Assembly (NCBI GenBank): GCA_963746845.1
Contig: CAVVCZ010000005.1
Span: forward strand, 128,001-192,000
Reading direction: 5' to 3'
Length of the DNA: 64,000 nt
Source: an uncultured Chloroflexia bacterium
GTDB lineage: Bacteria; Chloroflexota; Limnocylindria; Limnocylindrales; CSP1-4
A program made the translations under genes and the position numbers. The notes under the pieces are model-generated. The model was not told the origin of the DNA and did not search any database. It saw nothing but the letters and a program-made list of their open reading frames with translations. Shown one piece after another: positions 29,869 to 39,800 of the stretch (within the stretch, counting starts at the first letter, position 1; every line of letters begins with the position of its first letter).

Positions 29869-30591
29869 TCAGCCGCGGAACGGGGCCGGATCGATCGACT
29901 GGTATGCGTACGTGAAGAAGCACTGGAGATCGTGGTTCTCGTGCTTCGACCACGTCGGGGTCATCACGCCCATCGGGTCAGCCGTGTCGAAGGTGATCGT
30001 CACGTCGTCGGCCCGCGGCCAGTTCGGGTCGCAGATCCGGAGGACGACCGTCGAGCCGTTCGTGTCGTAGCCGTAGGCCAGCACCTGGTGGTTGTTCGAG
30101 AGGGCCTGCGGATCGGCGCTGACGATCCGGACGAGGCCGATCATCGCGAGCTTGCCGGCGTCGATGGACCGCTGGATGGCCGGCCACTCCTCGTGGACCA
30201 TGACGTACGTCCGGCTGTGGCGATCGATCCCGAACCGCCCGAGTGCCGCGGCGAGCGCCGACTCCTTGCTCGACCGGGTCGGGCTCATCAGCTGGTAGAA
30301 CCGCCACGGGAGCCGGCCGTCGTCGAAGCTCGTGATCTGGCGGTTGACGATGTAGCGATAGCGGGCCTCCCCGGCGAGCGGCTGCGCTGCATCGCCGGGG
30401 GTGAGCCCGGCCGCATGCAGATCCGCGGTCGTGAACGACATGCCGCCGCACAGCCCGTTGGCGGCGTCGCCGATGTTCAGGGTCGCGACGTTGCCCAGCT
30501 TGAACTGCTCGATCGGGTTGGACGGCCAGGCGTTGGGGTACGGGAACCCATTGACCTTCGGGTCGAAGTTCGGGACGCGGACGCTGGCCAC
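29869..30591 (-). CDS. Hypothetical protein, possible papain-fold Cys peptidase/amidase
   Basis: GLCGGM ... NHQVLAYGY ... CDPN pattern; AGGAG RBS. Confidence 0.6.
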   Translation of the reverse strand: MASVRVPNFDPKVNGFPYPNAWPSNPIEQFKLGNVATLNIGDAANGLCGGMSFTTADLHAAGLTPGDAAQPLAGEARYRYIVNRQITSFDDGRLPWRFYQLMSPTRSSKESALAAALGRFGIDRHSRTYVMVHEEWPAIQRSIDAGKLAMIGLVRIVSADPQALSNNHQVLAYGYDTNGSTVVLRICDPNWPRADDVTITFDTADPMGVMTPTWSKHENHDLQCFFTYAYQSIDPAPFRG

Positions 30592-30699
30592 GGCGATGTC
30601 TCCTGCGGATCGGGCCGTGAGCCTAGGTGAGCGCCGTCACGGGATCGTCGCCGTCGCGCCGATCCGACCATCCCCCGGGTTCTCCCGCCGGGGCACGAC

Positions 30700-30733
30700 A
30701 CGGCGCGGCCCGACACGAGTCGGGCCGCGCCGT
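30700..30733 (-). terminator. Perfect 15-bp stem hairpin downstream of the phosphoesterase gene
   Basis: acggcgcggcccgac-acga-gtcgggccgcgccgt. Confidence 0.6.
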
Positions 30734-30759
30734 CGAGGCGCGAGGTCGGGATCGGGCCG

Positions 30760-32535
30760 TCAGTGGCCCTTCCTCCCGACGTCCACGACATTGCCGAGGT
30801 CGGTGACGAATCGGTCGCGGGGCACCACGTCGCCGCGGGCGGCGACGGGCTTCAGATGGAACTGGTGCTCGATCGTGGCCATGATCGAGGTCGTGTCGTA
30901 GACCGTGTGGTCGACGCCCGACGACGAGAAGCCCTTCGAGATGAACAGGGCCGGAACCCGGGTGCCGGGTCCGAACAGGTCGTGGGCGCCTGCGGTTCCG
31001 AGGCCGGGCGGCGGGACGTGATCCCACTGGCCGCCGAACTCGTCGTAGGTCACCACGATCAGGGTGCTGCTGGCGTCCGGCCCGGTCTCGATGGCCTGGA
31101 TCAGGTCCACGAGGTGGTCGCTGCCGTTCGGCTCGCTCGAGTAGCCCGGATGCTCGTTCTCGTTGCCGAGCGGCTTGACGAAGCTGACCTGGGGCAGGTG
31201 GCCATGCCTGGCCGCGTCGAGGAACGCGACCTCGTCCTTCAGGTGGACGGCCCGGTCGACCGTGCCCGGCGCGTAGCGCAGGAAGTAGTTGAACGGCTGG
31301 TGGTGGAACTGGAAGGACGAGTCGGGGCAGAACGGCCAGACCTTGCCGTCCGCCGTCGACACGTTCGGGTCCGTGCAGGTCGGGCCGTAGCCGTTGGTCC
31401 AGCCGGGGCTGCCGATGTTGCCGGCCGCGTTGTCCCAGCCACCGGCGTACCACGCCCAGCTGACGCCGGCGTCACTCATCCGGTCGCCGATGTTCAGGTC
31501 GATCGTGCGGTCGTCGGTCGGCGGCTGGGCGGCCCCGAAGCTGCCCTGCGGCTCCCACGTCGGCTGGAGGGTGTTGACCGCCCAGTCCCCGCAGGCCAGT
31601 CCGGCCCGGGTCGTCGGCTGGCCGCACGCCTGGGTCACGGCTCCGTCGACGATCGTGCCGGACGGCTTGAGCAGCGGGTAGGCGTGCGGGATCCCGGACG
31701 GGTCGAGGACCGCGATCTGGCCCGCCGGCGGGTTCGGCCATTCGAGCGGCTGCGCCGCGATCAGGTACTGGTGGTTCAGGTACGAGCCACCGAAGGCGCC
31801 CTGGAAGAAGTGGTCGGCGATGACGTACTTCGGGGCGCCCTTGGCATGGAGGTACTCGTAGATCGGCAGCTGGGTCGTGTCGTAGTAGCCCATCGACATG
31901 CCGACAGAGTCGCTGCCGGTGACGTAGCGGTCCTGCCTGCCCTGATCGAGCTGGACCTGCTCCTGGTAGAACTTGTGGACGAGGTCGCGGGTGCAGCCGC
32001 CGGGCAGCCCGACAGGGGTCACGCCGTCCGCCTGGAGCGCGCCGTTCATGATCCCGTTCGGGAAGCTGAACTCCTGGTTCGGGCGCGGACAGGTCGTCGC
32101 GTCCGCCGGGATGTAGGCGTCGATGTTGAACGGCGCGTTCGGGAAGTGGCTCGTGTAGGTGGTGGTGCTGCTGTCCGGGAACGTCACGGTCTCGGGGTTG
32201 CAGACCTTCGAGAGCGTGTTGCCGGCGGCGTCGGTGTCGAGGTTGACGTCGAGCTGCTTGAGGCACGTGTAGGCCGCACCGTTCTGGGCGACCTGGGTGG
32301 TGTGGGCCGGGTCGGCGTCCGCGAGCCCGACGAGATGCTGACCGTTGACGTCGCCCCACAGCCCGTACAGGTTGTCGAAGCTGTGGTTCTCCTCGTAGAT
32401 GACCACGATGTGCTTGAACCGGTCGAGCGGCCCGTCGTCGTGCTTGGCGATCGCGGGGCCGGCCGCGGTCAGCGTCACGCACAACAGGGCCGAAGCGGCA
32501 AGGACGGCGCGCAGCCGTCGGCTCACGTGCAACAC
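30760..32535 (-). CDS. Secreted acid phosphatase AcpA/phospholipase C phosphoesterase family
   Basis: Signal peptide; YEENHSFDNLYG, DHFFQGAFGGSYLNH, NEHPG, TYDEFGG.WDHV, GPGTRVP. Confidence 0.9.
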   Translation of the reverse strand: MLHVSRRLRAVLAASALLCVTLTAAGPAIAKHDDGPLDRFKHIVVIYEENHSFDNLYGLWGDVNGQHLVGLADADPAHTTQVAQNGAAYTCLKQLDVNLDTDAAGNTLSKVCNPETVTFPDSSTTTYTSHFPNAPFNIDAYIPADATTCPRPNQEFSFPNGIMNGALQADGVTPVGLPGGCTRDLVHKFYQEQVQLDQGRQDRYVTGSDSVGMSMGYYDTTQLPIYEYLHAKGAPKYVIADHFFQGAFGGSYLNHQYLIAAQPLEWPNPPAGQIAVLDPSGIPHAYPLLKPSGTIVDGAVTQACGQPTTRAGLACGDWAVNTLQPTWEPQGSFGAAQPPTDDRTIDLNIGDRMSDAGVSWAWYAGGWDNAAGNIGSPGWTNGYGPTCTDPNVSTADGKVWPFCPDSSFQFHHQPFNYFLRYAPGTVDRAVHLKDEVAFLDAARHGHLPQVSFVKPLGNENEHPGYSSEPNGSDHLVDLIQAIETGPDASSTLIVVTYDEFGGQWDHVPPPGLGTAGAHDLFGPGTRVPALFISKGFSSSGVDHTVYDTTSIMATIEHQFHLKPVAARGDVVPRDRFVTDLGNVVDVGRKGH

Positions 32536-32745
32536 GGGATTCCTCCTCCGGGCACTTGAGTGGATGGCCCGACGATACGCCGGTCGCGCGATCCGCGAAT
32601 CAACGCCGCATCAACACCCGGAGAACTCGTGTGACGGCGGTGCGGCGGCGCACCGGGGTCGTCAGGCGAGCGGTGTCAGGGCCGCCCACGAGCGCCCGCC
32701 GCCCGACGTGACACCCGGATTCGGCGGTTCCCGTACGATCGGTCG

Positions 32746-34062
32746 ATGCCGCCGACGGCCGCACACTCCCTCTTCGCGCTGCGCGAGTTCAAGGCGCTCG
32801 TCGGGGCCCGCGCCACGAATGCCCTCGCGGTCAGCGCGCTCGCGACGGTCGTCGCGTTCCAGACGTACGTCCTGACCCACGACCCGCTCGCGCTCGGCTG
32901 GCTCGGGCTGGTCGAAGCCATCCCCGCCCTGTCGCTCGTCCTGTTCGGCGGCCACGTCGCGGACCGGCGCGAGCGACGGACGATCGTCGTCGTCACGAGC
33001 GCGCTGATCACGCTGTGCGCCCTCGCGCTCGCCGGCCTCGCCGCAATGGGCGCCACCCTGGTCGGCATCCTCGCGGTGATCTTCGCGACCGGCATCGCGA
33101 GCGGCTTCGAGCGCCCGGCCCTCACCGCCCTCGAGGCCCAGGTCGTCCCGCGCGAGGACGCCGCGCGGGGCGTGTCCGTCCTGAGCAGCGTGAGCCAGGG
33201 CGGCGCGATCCTCGGGCCGGCGGCGGGCGGGATCGCGATCGCCCTGATCGGAATCCCCGCGACGTACTCCGTGATCACGGTGCTGCTCGCGATCTCGACG
33301 GCCTGCCTGATGACGATCGGGCGCAAGCCGATCCCCGCCCCGGTCGCCGGCGAGCCGTTCGTCCAGAGCCTGCTCGGAGGGATCCGCTACGTCCGCCGCA
33401 CGCCCGCGCTCCTCGGGTCGATGGCGCTGGACCTGTTCGCGGTGTTCTTCGGCGGGGCCATCGCGCTGCTGCCGATCTACGCGACCGACATCCTCCACGT
33501 CGGGGCGGTCGGGTTGGGCGTGCTGCGGACCGCGCCGTCCGTCGGCGCGCTGCTCGTCATGCTCGTGGCCACCCACCGGCCGCCGAGCCGGCACGCCGGC
33601 CGGACGCTGCTCCTGTCTGTCGCCGGGTTCGGGGTCAGCATGATCATCTTCGGGGCGTCGACGGTCTTCGCGGTGTCGCTGATCGCGCTCTTCTTCTCCG
33701 GCGTCACCGACGGCGTGAGCATGATCATCCGGAACACGATCCTGCGGGTCCTGTCGCCGGAGCGGATCCGCGGCCGCGTCGCGTCCGTGAACTGGGTCTT
33801 CATCGGCGCGTCGAACGAGCTCGGGGCGTTCGAGAGCGGGTTCGCGGCGCGGCTGTTCGGGACCGTCCCGAGCGTCGTCGGCGGAGGGATCCTCACGCTG
33901 GTCGTCGTCAGCGCGACGGCGATGCTCGTCCCGTCACTCCGGCGCCTGGACCTCGACACCGCCGAGCCCGGCGACGACGGCCTCGGGCCGGTCGAGATCC
34001 CCGGGCTGATCCCGGACACGGCCGGGGCTCGACCGTCAGCGGGTCAGCTCGCCGAGGAGTGA
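32746..34062 (+). CDS. MFS transporter (EntS/MFS_3-like)
   Basis: 12 TM; GGHVADRRERR, LDLFAVFFGG, IRGRV. Confidence 0.88.
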   Translation: MPPTAAHSLFALREFKALVGARATNALAVSALATVVAFQTYVLTHDPLALGWLGLVEAIPALSLVLFGGHVADRRERRTIVVVTSALITLCALALAGLAAMGATLVGILAVIFATGIASGFERPALTALEAQVVPREDAARGVSVLSSVSQGGAILGPAAGGIAIALIGIPATYSVITVLLAISTACLMTIGRKPIPAPVAGEPFVQSLLGGIRYVRRTPALLGSMALDLFAVFFGGAIALLPIYATDILHVGAVGLGVLRTAPSVGALLVMLVATHRPPSRHAGRTLLLSVAGFGVSMIIFGASTVFAVSLIALFFSGVTDGVSMIIRNTILRVLSPERIRGRVASVNWVFIGASNELGAFESGFAARLFGTVPSVVGGGILTLVVVSATAMLVPSLRRLDLDTAEPGDDGLGPVEIPGLIPDTAGARPSAGQLAEE

Positions 34063-34252
34063 CGACCAGCCGTCGAGGTAGGCGTCGACGTCCTCGTCGG
34101 TCGTCGGAACGGAGCACACCGGGCCCGCCCCGACGATCGCCTCCCACACGCCGCGGTTCGCGAGCCAGACCCGGATCAGCCGGGTGAGCAGGTCGTCCTG
34201 GACGGCTCGCGCCTCCGCGGCAGTGCGGACCGGACCGGGCGTCCACGCTCAC
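34036..34252 (-). pseudogene. Remnant resembling the C-terminus of a class III (GSA-like) aminotransferase
   Basis: Startless frame ...VRTAAEARAVQDDLLTRLIRVWLANRGVWEAIVGAGPVCSVPTTDEDVDAYL...* directly after the SDR stop. Confidence 0.55.
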
Positions 34253-34959
34253 GCCCGGCCGTCCAGCGGGATCCGGGCGCCGTTGATCGCGGCGGCCTCG
34301 TCCGAGCAGAGGTAGCGCAGCGTCGCGACGATCTCCTCGGGGGTCGTCCAGTTGGCGTTCTTCGGGCTCGGCTCGCGCTCTCGCGCGTGCTCGGTGTCGA
34401 TCGCCCGGATCGCGACGACGTTGACCGTCACACCGGCCGCCGCCACCTCCCTGGCGAGGACGCGCAGGAGCGTCTCCTGGGCGGCCTTCGAGGTGGCGTA
34501 TGTCCCGGCCCGAGCCGGTGCTGTGGCCGTCGTGAACGACGTGATGGCGATCATCCGGCCCCAGCCCCGCTCGACCATGCCCGGGACCACGGCGCGGGCG
34601 ACGTTCAGGGTCGTCCAGACATGCTGGTCGAGCATGAACCGGAGATCGTCCGGCGACAGCTCCGTGATCGGCGCTCCGGGCACGAACCCGCCGACGAGAT
34701 GGAGGACGACGTCGACCCGGCCGAACCGCTCGGTGACGACGGCGACCGCCGCGGCGGCCTCGTCCGCGATCCGCAGATCCGCCTTCACGCCGACCCATCG
34801 GTCGTCCTCGATCCCGGCTTCGACGGCGACCGCCGCGAGACGGGTGGCATCCCGGCCGACGAGCCCGAGGCGGGCACCATCGGCGGCGAACGCCCGGGCG
34901 GCGACGCGGCCGACGGCGCCCGCCGCGCCGGCGATCAGGACGACGCGCTCCGCTGCCAT
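34249..34959 (-). CDS. Short-chain dehydrogenase/reductase
   Basis: [18 protein letters not shown] motifs. Confidence 0.88.
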   Translation of the reverse strand: MAAERVVLIAGAAGAVGRVAARAFAADGARLGLVGRDATRLAAVAVEAGIEDDRWVGVKADLRIADEAAAAVAVVTERFGRVDVVLHLVGGFVPGAPITELSPDDLRFMLDQHVWTTLNVARAVVPGMVERGWGRMIAITSFTTATAPARAGTYATSKAAQETLLRVLAREVAAAGVTVNVVAIRAIDTEHAREREPSPKNANWTTPEEIVATLRYLCSDEAAAINGARIPLDGRA

Positions 34960-35020
34960 CGGCTCAGGATACGGGCGCAGCCTCCGAGCGCCCGGATCGG
35001 TCCGGCATGATGCACCGACG

Positions 35021-36544
35021 ATGCGACCCAGCCTGAGCGTCCTCGAGCCTGCCCTCATCGACCGGATCGTCGACGAGGCGAAGCGTGTGCTGTCCACCCA
35101 CGGGATGGAGATCCGCGGCGCGACGCTCCGTGAGCGGCTCGTGGCGGCGGGTCTGCCCCAGCGGCCGGACGGACGCGTCCTCTTCCCGCGTGACGTCGTC
35201 GAGGAGGCGATCCGGGTTGCGCCGGGCTCGTTCAAGCTCTACGGGCGCGGCGGCGACGAGCGCGCCGACCTTGGCGACGACCGGGTCCACTTCATCCCGG
35301 GCTCGTCCGGGCTCAAGGTCCTCGACCATCGGACCGGCGAGGCGCGTCTCGCGATGAGCCGGGACTTCGCCGAGTACATCCGCCTGGGCGATGGGCTGGC
35401 GTACATCCCGTACCTCGCGACGGCGTTCTCGACGTCCGACATCGAGCCCCAGGTGTCCGACGCCTGGCGGCTCTACCTGTGCCTGACGAACTCGACGAAG
35501 CCGGTCGTGTCGGGCGCGTTCACGGAGCACGGCGTGACGCGCATGGCCGAGATGATGGCGCTGTTCCGCGACGGCGCCGACGACCTCCGGGCCCGCCCGA
35601 TGTCGATCTTCACAATCACCGCGACCGGAAACTTCCGGTACAGCGAGGACTCGTGCCAGAACCTGATCGACTGCGTCGAAGCGGGCATCCCGGTCGAGAT
35701 CGTGCCGGTCACGCTCATGGGGCTGATCGCCCCGGTGACGCTGGTCGGCGCTACCGTCTTCCACACGATCGACGTCCTCGCCGGGATCACGATGGCCCAG
35801 GTGATCCAGCCGGGCGCGCCGGTCCTGTTCGGCGGCGCGCCGGCGACGTTCCACATGAAGATCGCGTCGTCGCCGATGGCGGCGATCGAGGCACTCCAGC
35901 TGGACGTCGCCTATGTCGAGGTCGCGAAGGCGCTCGGGCTGCCGACCCAGTCGTATATGGCGCTGTCGGACGCGAAGACGCTCGATGCGCAGGCCGGCGC
36001 GGAGACGTTCGGTTCGGCGCTCCTCGCCGCTCTCGCCGGCGTGAACTCCGTGTCCGGGCCCGGGATGCTCGACTTCCTGCTCGTCTTCTCGCTCCCCAAG
36101 CTCGTCTACGACGACGCGATGTGCGGGCAGGTCCTGCATTTCGTCCGGGAGGTCCGCGAGCTGGGCGATCTTCCCGTCAACGAGCTGATCGACCAGCTCA
36201 TGGCCGACCAGCATCTGATCATGGCGCCGCACACGACGGAGCATTGGCCGAAGGAGCTGTTCCTGCCCTCGACGCTGATCGACCGCGACAACCGCGAGGC
36301 CTGGACACGGGCCGGGGCGAAGGAGATCGACGAGCGGGCCCGCGACGAGGTCGAGCGGCGGCTGGGTTCGTATCGCCAGCTCGAGACGGACCCGGCGATC
36401 GACGCCGAGCTGCAGCGGATCCTCCGCTCAGGGCTGGTGGACCAGACGGAGCTGCCCCGCGTCGAGCCGGCTCCGGAGCCGGTCGCGTCGGAGGACGATG
36501 CAACCCCCCGGCGACGGGTGAACCGGCGGCGCGGCCCGGGCTGA
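35021..36544 (+). CDS. Trimethylamine methyltransferase (MttB) family protein, non-pyrrolysine
   Basis: G...PVTL.G, QPGAPV.FGG, SDAK.LDAQAG.E, GML motifs; no in-frame TAG. Confidence 0.88.
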   Translation: MRPSLSVLEPALIDRIVDEAKRVLSTHGMEIRGATLRERLVAAGLPQRPDGRVLFPRDVVEEAIRVAPGSFKLYGRGGDERADLGDDRVHFIPGSSGLKVLDHRTGEARLAMSRDFAEYIRLGDGLAYIPYLATAFSTSDIEPQVSDAWRLYLCLTNSTKPVVSGAFTEHGVTRMAEMMALFRDGADDLRARPMSIFTITATGNFRYSEDSCQNLIDCVEAGIPVEIVPVTLMGLIAPVTLVGATVFHTIDVLAGITMAQVIQPGAPVLFGGAPATFHMKIASSPMAAIEALQLDVAYVEVAKALGLPTQSYMALSDAKTLDAQAGAETFGSALLAALAGVNSVSGPGMLDFLLVFSLPKLVYDDAMCGQVLHFVREVRELGDLPVNELIDQLMADQHLIMAPHTTEHWPKELFLPSTLIDRDNREAWTRAGAKEIDERARDEVERRLGSYRQLETDPAIDAELQRILRSGLVDQTELPRVEPAPEPVASEDDATPRRRVNRRRGPG

Positions 36545-36801
36545 GCGCAGCTCACGGCATGGAGCCAGCCCGCGCCGGCTCCGCCGCCCTCGCCGGCCCC
36601 GCCGTCCTCGCCGGCGCGTTCGGATATTCCGAGTAGGCGTATCAGACCGGACTCTGCGCAGGATGTCCACGATCCACGCCTTCAGCTGATCATCGGCGCG
36701 ACCGGGCCGCCGAATCCGGCCCGATCAACACGAATCCCGAGGGATCCCGTCCTCCACCGCGGTCGAATACGCCTTCTTGGATTACGAGGCGCTTGAAGGG
36801 T

Positions 36802-37899
36802 TCAGGCCATCTTCACCGTCAGCTCCACCGGCAGGCCGTGGAACCGCCCGAACGCCGCGGCCTCCGCCTCGAGCGCGGTCGTCTCGTCCAGGTTCAAGGG
36901 GATCAGCAGCATCACCGTGACGCCGACACCCTTCGGCCCGAAGGCCCGGCGCCAGCCGCCGACGACGAATCCATCTCGGACGACGATGTGCACCCCGAGC
37001 ACGTCGGCGACGTTCCGGGCCTTCGGAAGGGCCGGATCGAAGATCGGGGCGTAGTCGGCGTAGGAGCCGAGGTACTCGTCGTAGTTCGAGAGGAGCCGCA
37101 CGAACGGCTCCGGGATCGGCGGGGGATCAAACGCCCCGGCCGCCGCCCAGTACGCCTTCCCGTCCACGGTGCGGCCTTCGAGCGCGCCGCCCGCGAGCTC
37201 GATCCCGCGCCGGACGTCGGTCACGGTCAGCCCCGACCACCACGCCATGTCGTGGGCGAGCGCCGGGCCGTGGCTCGTGAAGTAGCGGATGGTCAGCTCG
37301 CGGAGCGAATCCTCGGGCGTCCGGGGCACCGCCGGGGGAATCCGGTCCCGGACGAGCTGGTAGGTGAACTGCTTCCCCCGGCGTGGCCCGCTGCAGATCA
37401 GTGCGTCGAGCTCCGCGTTCATCAGCACGTGGCCGAGGGTGTTCGGGTCCACGAACGGGACGTCCGCGGCGACGAGGGCCGCGCGGAGCTCGTCGCGCGT
37501 CCGCGCGTGACCGTCCGCGAGCGCGTCCTCGATGACGCCGATCGTTCGCTCGAAGCCCGCGCGATCGAGCCCGAGACGACGCTGGCCCACGAGATCGTTG
37601 GCCCGCCGCACGCGCGGCCCGACGAGCGCCTCGATCCAGCGGAGCTCGTCGGGTGCGAGGAAGTGCCACGTTGGGCGGGGACCGTGCGTCCGGACGATCC
37701 GCCCGTCGTCGAGGGCGGCCGCGACGTCGGCGATCGTGGTTTCCCGGGCCATCCTTCGGGCCACCGCCCAGAGGGCGCCCGGCACGTCCTGGGCCTGGAC
37801 CGCCCCGGACCAGCGGACGACGTCCTGCGCGCTCGTGAACCCCGGCCCGGTCAACCGGCTGTTCCGGAGCCGGGCGTGGGCGATCGCGCGGTTCGTCAC
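36802..37899 (-). CDS. AlkZ/YcaQ-family (HTH_42) DNA glycosylase
   Basis: AVQAQD, RTHGPRPTWH, YFTSHGP..D.AWWSG, NYDEY. Confidence 0.85.
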   Translation of the reverse strand: MTNRAIAHARLRNSRLTGPGFTSAQDVVRWSGAVQAQDVPGALWAVARRMARETTIADVAAALDDGRIVRTHGPRPTWHFLAPDELRWIEALVGPRVRRANDLVGQRRLGLDRAGFERTIGVIEDALADGHARTRDELRAALVAADVPFVDPNTLGHVLMNAELDALICSGPRRGKQFTYQLVRDRIPPAVPRTPEDSLRELTIRYFTSHGPALAHDMAWWSGLTVTDVRRGIELAGGALEGRTVDGKAYWAAAGAFDPPPIPEPFVRLLSNYDEYLGSYADYAPIFDPALPKARNVADVLGVHIVVRDGFVVGGWRRAFGPKGVGVTVMLLIPLNLDETTALEAEAAAFGRFHGLPVELTVKMA

Positions 37900-37953
37900 C
37901 CCCGGAGTCTATGGAACGAACCGGTCCGGTCCTGACATGCATACGATGACGTC

Positions 37954-38465
37954 GTGAGTCGCGCGCCCGCCGGTTGGGATGTCGACAGCCCGGTCCAGGC
38001 CGAGGTCTTCGTCGTCTGGCTCGACGACGGCCGGATCCTGCTCACCGGGCCGGACGGACCGCAACCGTGGATCCTCCAGCTCGGCCCGACGGAGCACCCG
38101 GTCGAGGTCGTCGACCGCATCGTCCGCGACGTCGTCGGGCCGCCGATCCTCGTCCACTCCACGTCGTGGCGGCGGAGGCGACGTCGTGGGACGACCGCGA
38201 TGCCGTCATCCTGAGCTTCGTGGTGGTGATCGGACGGGAGCTGGTCGACGGGATGACGAGCATCGAGATCGAGCGAGCCGAGCTGGCGCGATCGACCGCG
38301 ACCGCCGCGCCGGCGGACATCGCGACGAGCGCGGTCGTCGAGCACGGGCTCCGCCACCTGGCGTGGCTCGTCCAGGACGACCCCGTCGTCGCCGCGGAGC
38401 TGCCCGCGCCGTGGCATCCCCTGCTCGCGGCCTACGTCCCCGAGCCGTTCCGCAATCTGGGCTGA
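37954..38465 (+). pseudogene. Hypothetical protein split by a 20-bp duplication/insertion at about 38170-38189
   Basis: N-half ...LVHSTSW in one frame, C-half TSWDDRDAVILSF... in another; acgtcgtgg repeated 20 nt apart. Confidence 0.7.
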
Positions 38466-38477
38466 GGAGCACACACG

Positions 38478-38669
38478 ATGGCCGACGAACCCCAGTACAC
38501 GAACGCCTGCGCCTGCGGCTGGACGGTGACCGGGAGCGAGGACGAGGTCGTCGACGCGACGATCGACCACGGTCGCCGGATCCACAACATGGAGGCGCCC
38601 CGAGATCAGGTCCTCGCGGCCCTCCACGCACCGGCGTCCGCCGAGCGCGACGACCGGCAGAGCGCATGA
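38478..38669 (+). CDS. Small metal-binding protein (DUF1059-like)
   Basis: CACGW...H...H pattern; GAGGAG RBS. Confidence 0.7.
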   Translation: MADEPQYTNACACGWTVTGSEDEVVDATIDHGRRIHNMEAPRDQVLAALHAPASAERDDRQSA

Positions 38670-38679
38670 CCCCCGCCGC

Positions 38680-39483
38680 GTGACGAAGCGCGCCGTCACC
38701 TACGGCTCTTACCTCGGTCTGGAGCAGCTGCTGTCCGCGCAGCGTCCGCTGTCGGTCGCGGATGACGGCCGGCCCGAGCACGACGAGCTCCTGTTCATCG
38801 TCATCCACCAGGTCTACGAGCTCTGGTTCAAGCAGCTCCTCCACGAGCTCGCCGAGGTCCAGCGGACGCTCGAGGCGGGCGACACGGACCGGACCCTCCA
38901 CCTGCTGAACCGCGTCCTGAAGATCCTCAAGACGCTTGTCGCCCAGATCGACGTGCTCGAGACGATGACCCCGCTCCAGTTCACGTCCTTCCGCGACCGG
39001 CTCGACTCCGCGTCCGGGTTCCAGTCGGCGCAGTTCCGCGAGATCGAGGCGGTCCTGGGCCGGCGCGACGCCTCGGCGCCCGCGGCGCACCCCGCGGGGT
39101 CGGACGGCCGCGCCCGGATCACCGCGGCACAGGCCCGGCGATCCGTGTGGGGCTCGTTCCTCCAGTATCTCGCCGCGCGCGGCCACGCTCTGGCGGAGAG
39201 CGCCCTCGCGCGCGACGTGGCATTGCCGCCGGAGCCCGATGCCGCCGTCCAGGACGTCCTCGTCGCCGTCTACCGCAGTGACGCGGACGCGGCGCTCGTC
39301 GCCGAGCGGCTCGTCGACCTCGACGAGGGCTTCCAGGAGTGGCGCTACCGCCACGTGAAGATGGTCGAGCGGACGATCGGGATGAAACGCGGGACCGGCG
39401 GTTCCGCCGGCGTCGAGTACCTTCGAACGACACTCTTCCAACCCGTCTTCCCCGACCTGTGGGAGATCCGGAGTCGCCTGTGA
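38680..39483 (+). CDS. kynA: Tryptophan 2,3-dioxygenase
   Basis: YGSYL.L..LL, HDELLFI..HQ.YELWFK, SGFQS, WRYRH, GTGGS.G..YL. Confidence 0.94.
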   Translation: MTKRAVTYGSYLGLEQLLSAQRPLSVADDGRPEHDELLFIVIHQVYELWFKQLLHELAEVQRTLEAGDTDRTLHLLNRVLKILKTLVAQIDVLETMTPLQFTSFRDRLDSASGFQSAQFREIEAVLGRRDASAPAAHPAGSDGRARITAAQARRSVWGSFLQYLAARGHALAESALARDVALPPEPDAAVQDVLVAVYRSDADAALVAERLVDLDEGFQEWRYRHVKMVERTIGMKRGTGGSAGVEYLRTTLFQPVFPDLWEIRSRL

Positions 39484-39770
39484 CCGAGCCGAACGCCACC
39501 CGCCCACCCCAGCCGACCCCGGCCGAGCTGTTCGACCGGTTCCTCCCGTTCGTCGCGGTCGGGGCGATGATCGTCTCGTTCCTGATCATGCCGCAGCCGT
39601 TCGCGATCGCCCTGATCGGGGGGATCTGGCTCGTGGCGACGCGAATCTCCCGGAACCGGAAGTTCCTCGGGCTGACGCTCACGGAGGCCCTGGCCTGGTC
39701 GGCCACGATCGTGATCGGGTTCCTGGGCCTCGCGCTGATCCTCTATTCGCTCGGCGCGCGGATCACCTGA
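39480..39770 (+). CDS. Small hypothetical membrane protein
   Basis: GTGA coupling to kynA; 3 hydrophobic segments. Confidence 0.6.
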   Translation: MTEPNATRPPQPTPAELFDRFLPFVAVGAMIVSFLIMPQPFAIALIGGIWLVATRISRNRKFLGLTLTEALAWSATIVIGFLGLALILYSLGARIT

Positions 39771-39800
39771 GCGGCGAGCGACCCACCCGGATCGCTCGCG

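Noticed and set aside
34036-34959. Selenocysteine or stop read-through fusing the SDR to the in-frame downstream peptide
   Set aside because: The SDR ends at its normal C-terminus (IPLDG), no convincing SECIS is visible, and the downstream peptide is better explained as a deletion remnant.
36545-36801. Possible small ORF or gene fragment (DDQLKAWIVDILRR...) between convergent genes
   Set aside because: No RBS-supported start and no recognisable family; cannot be supported.
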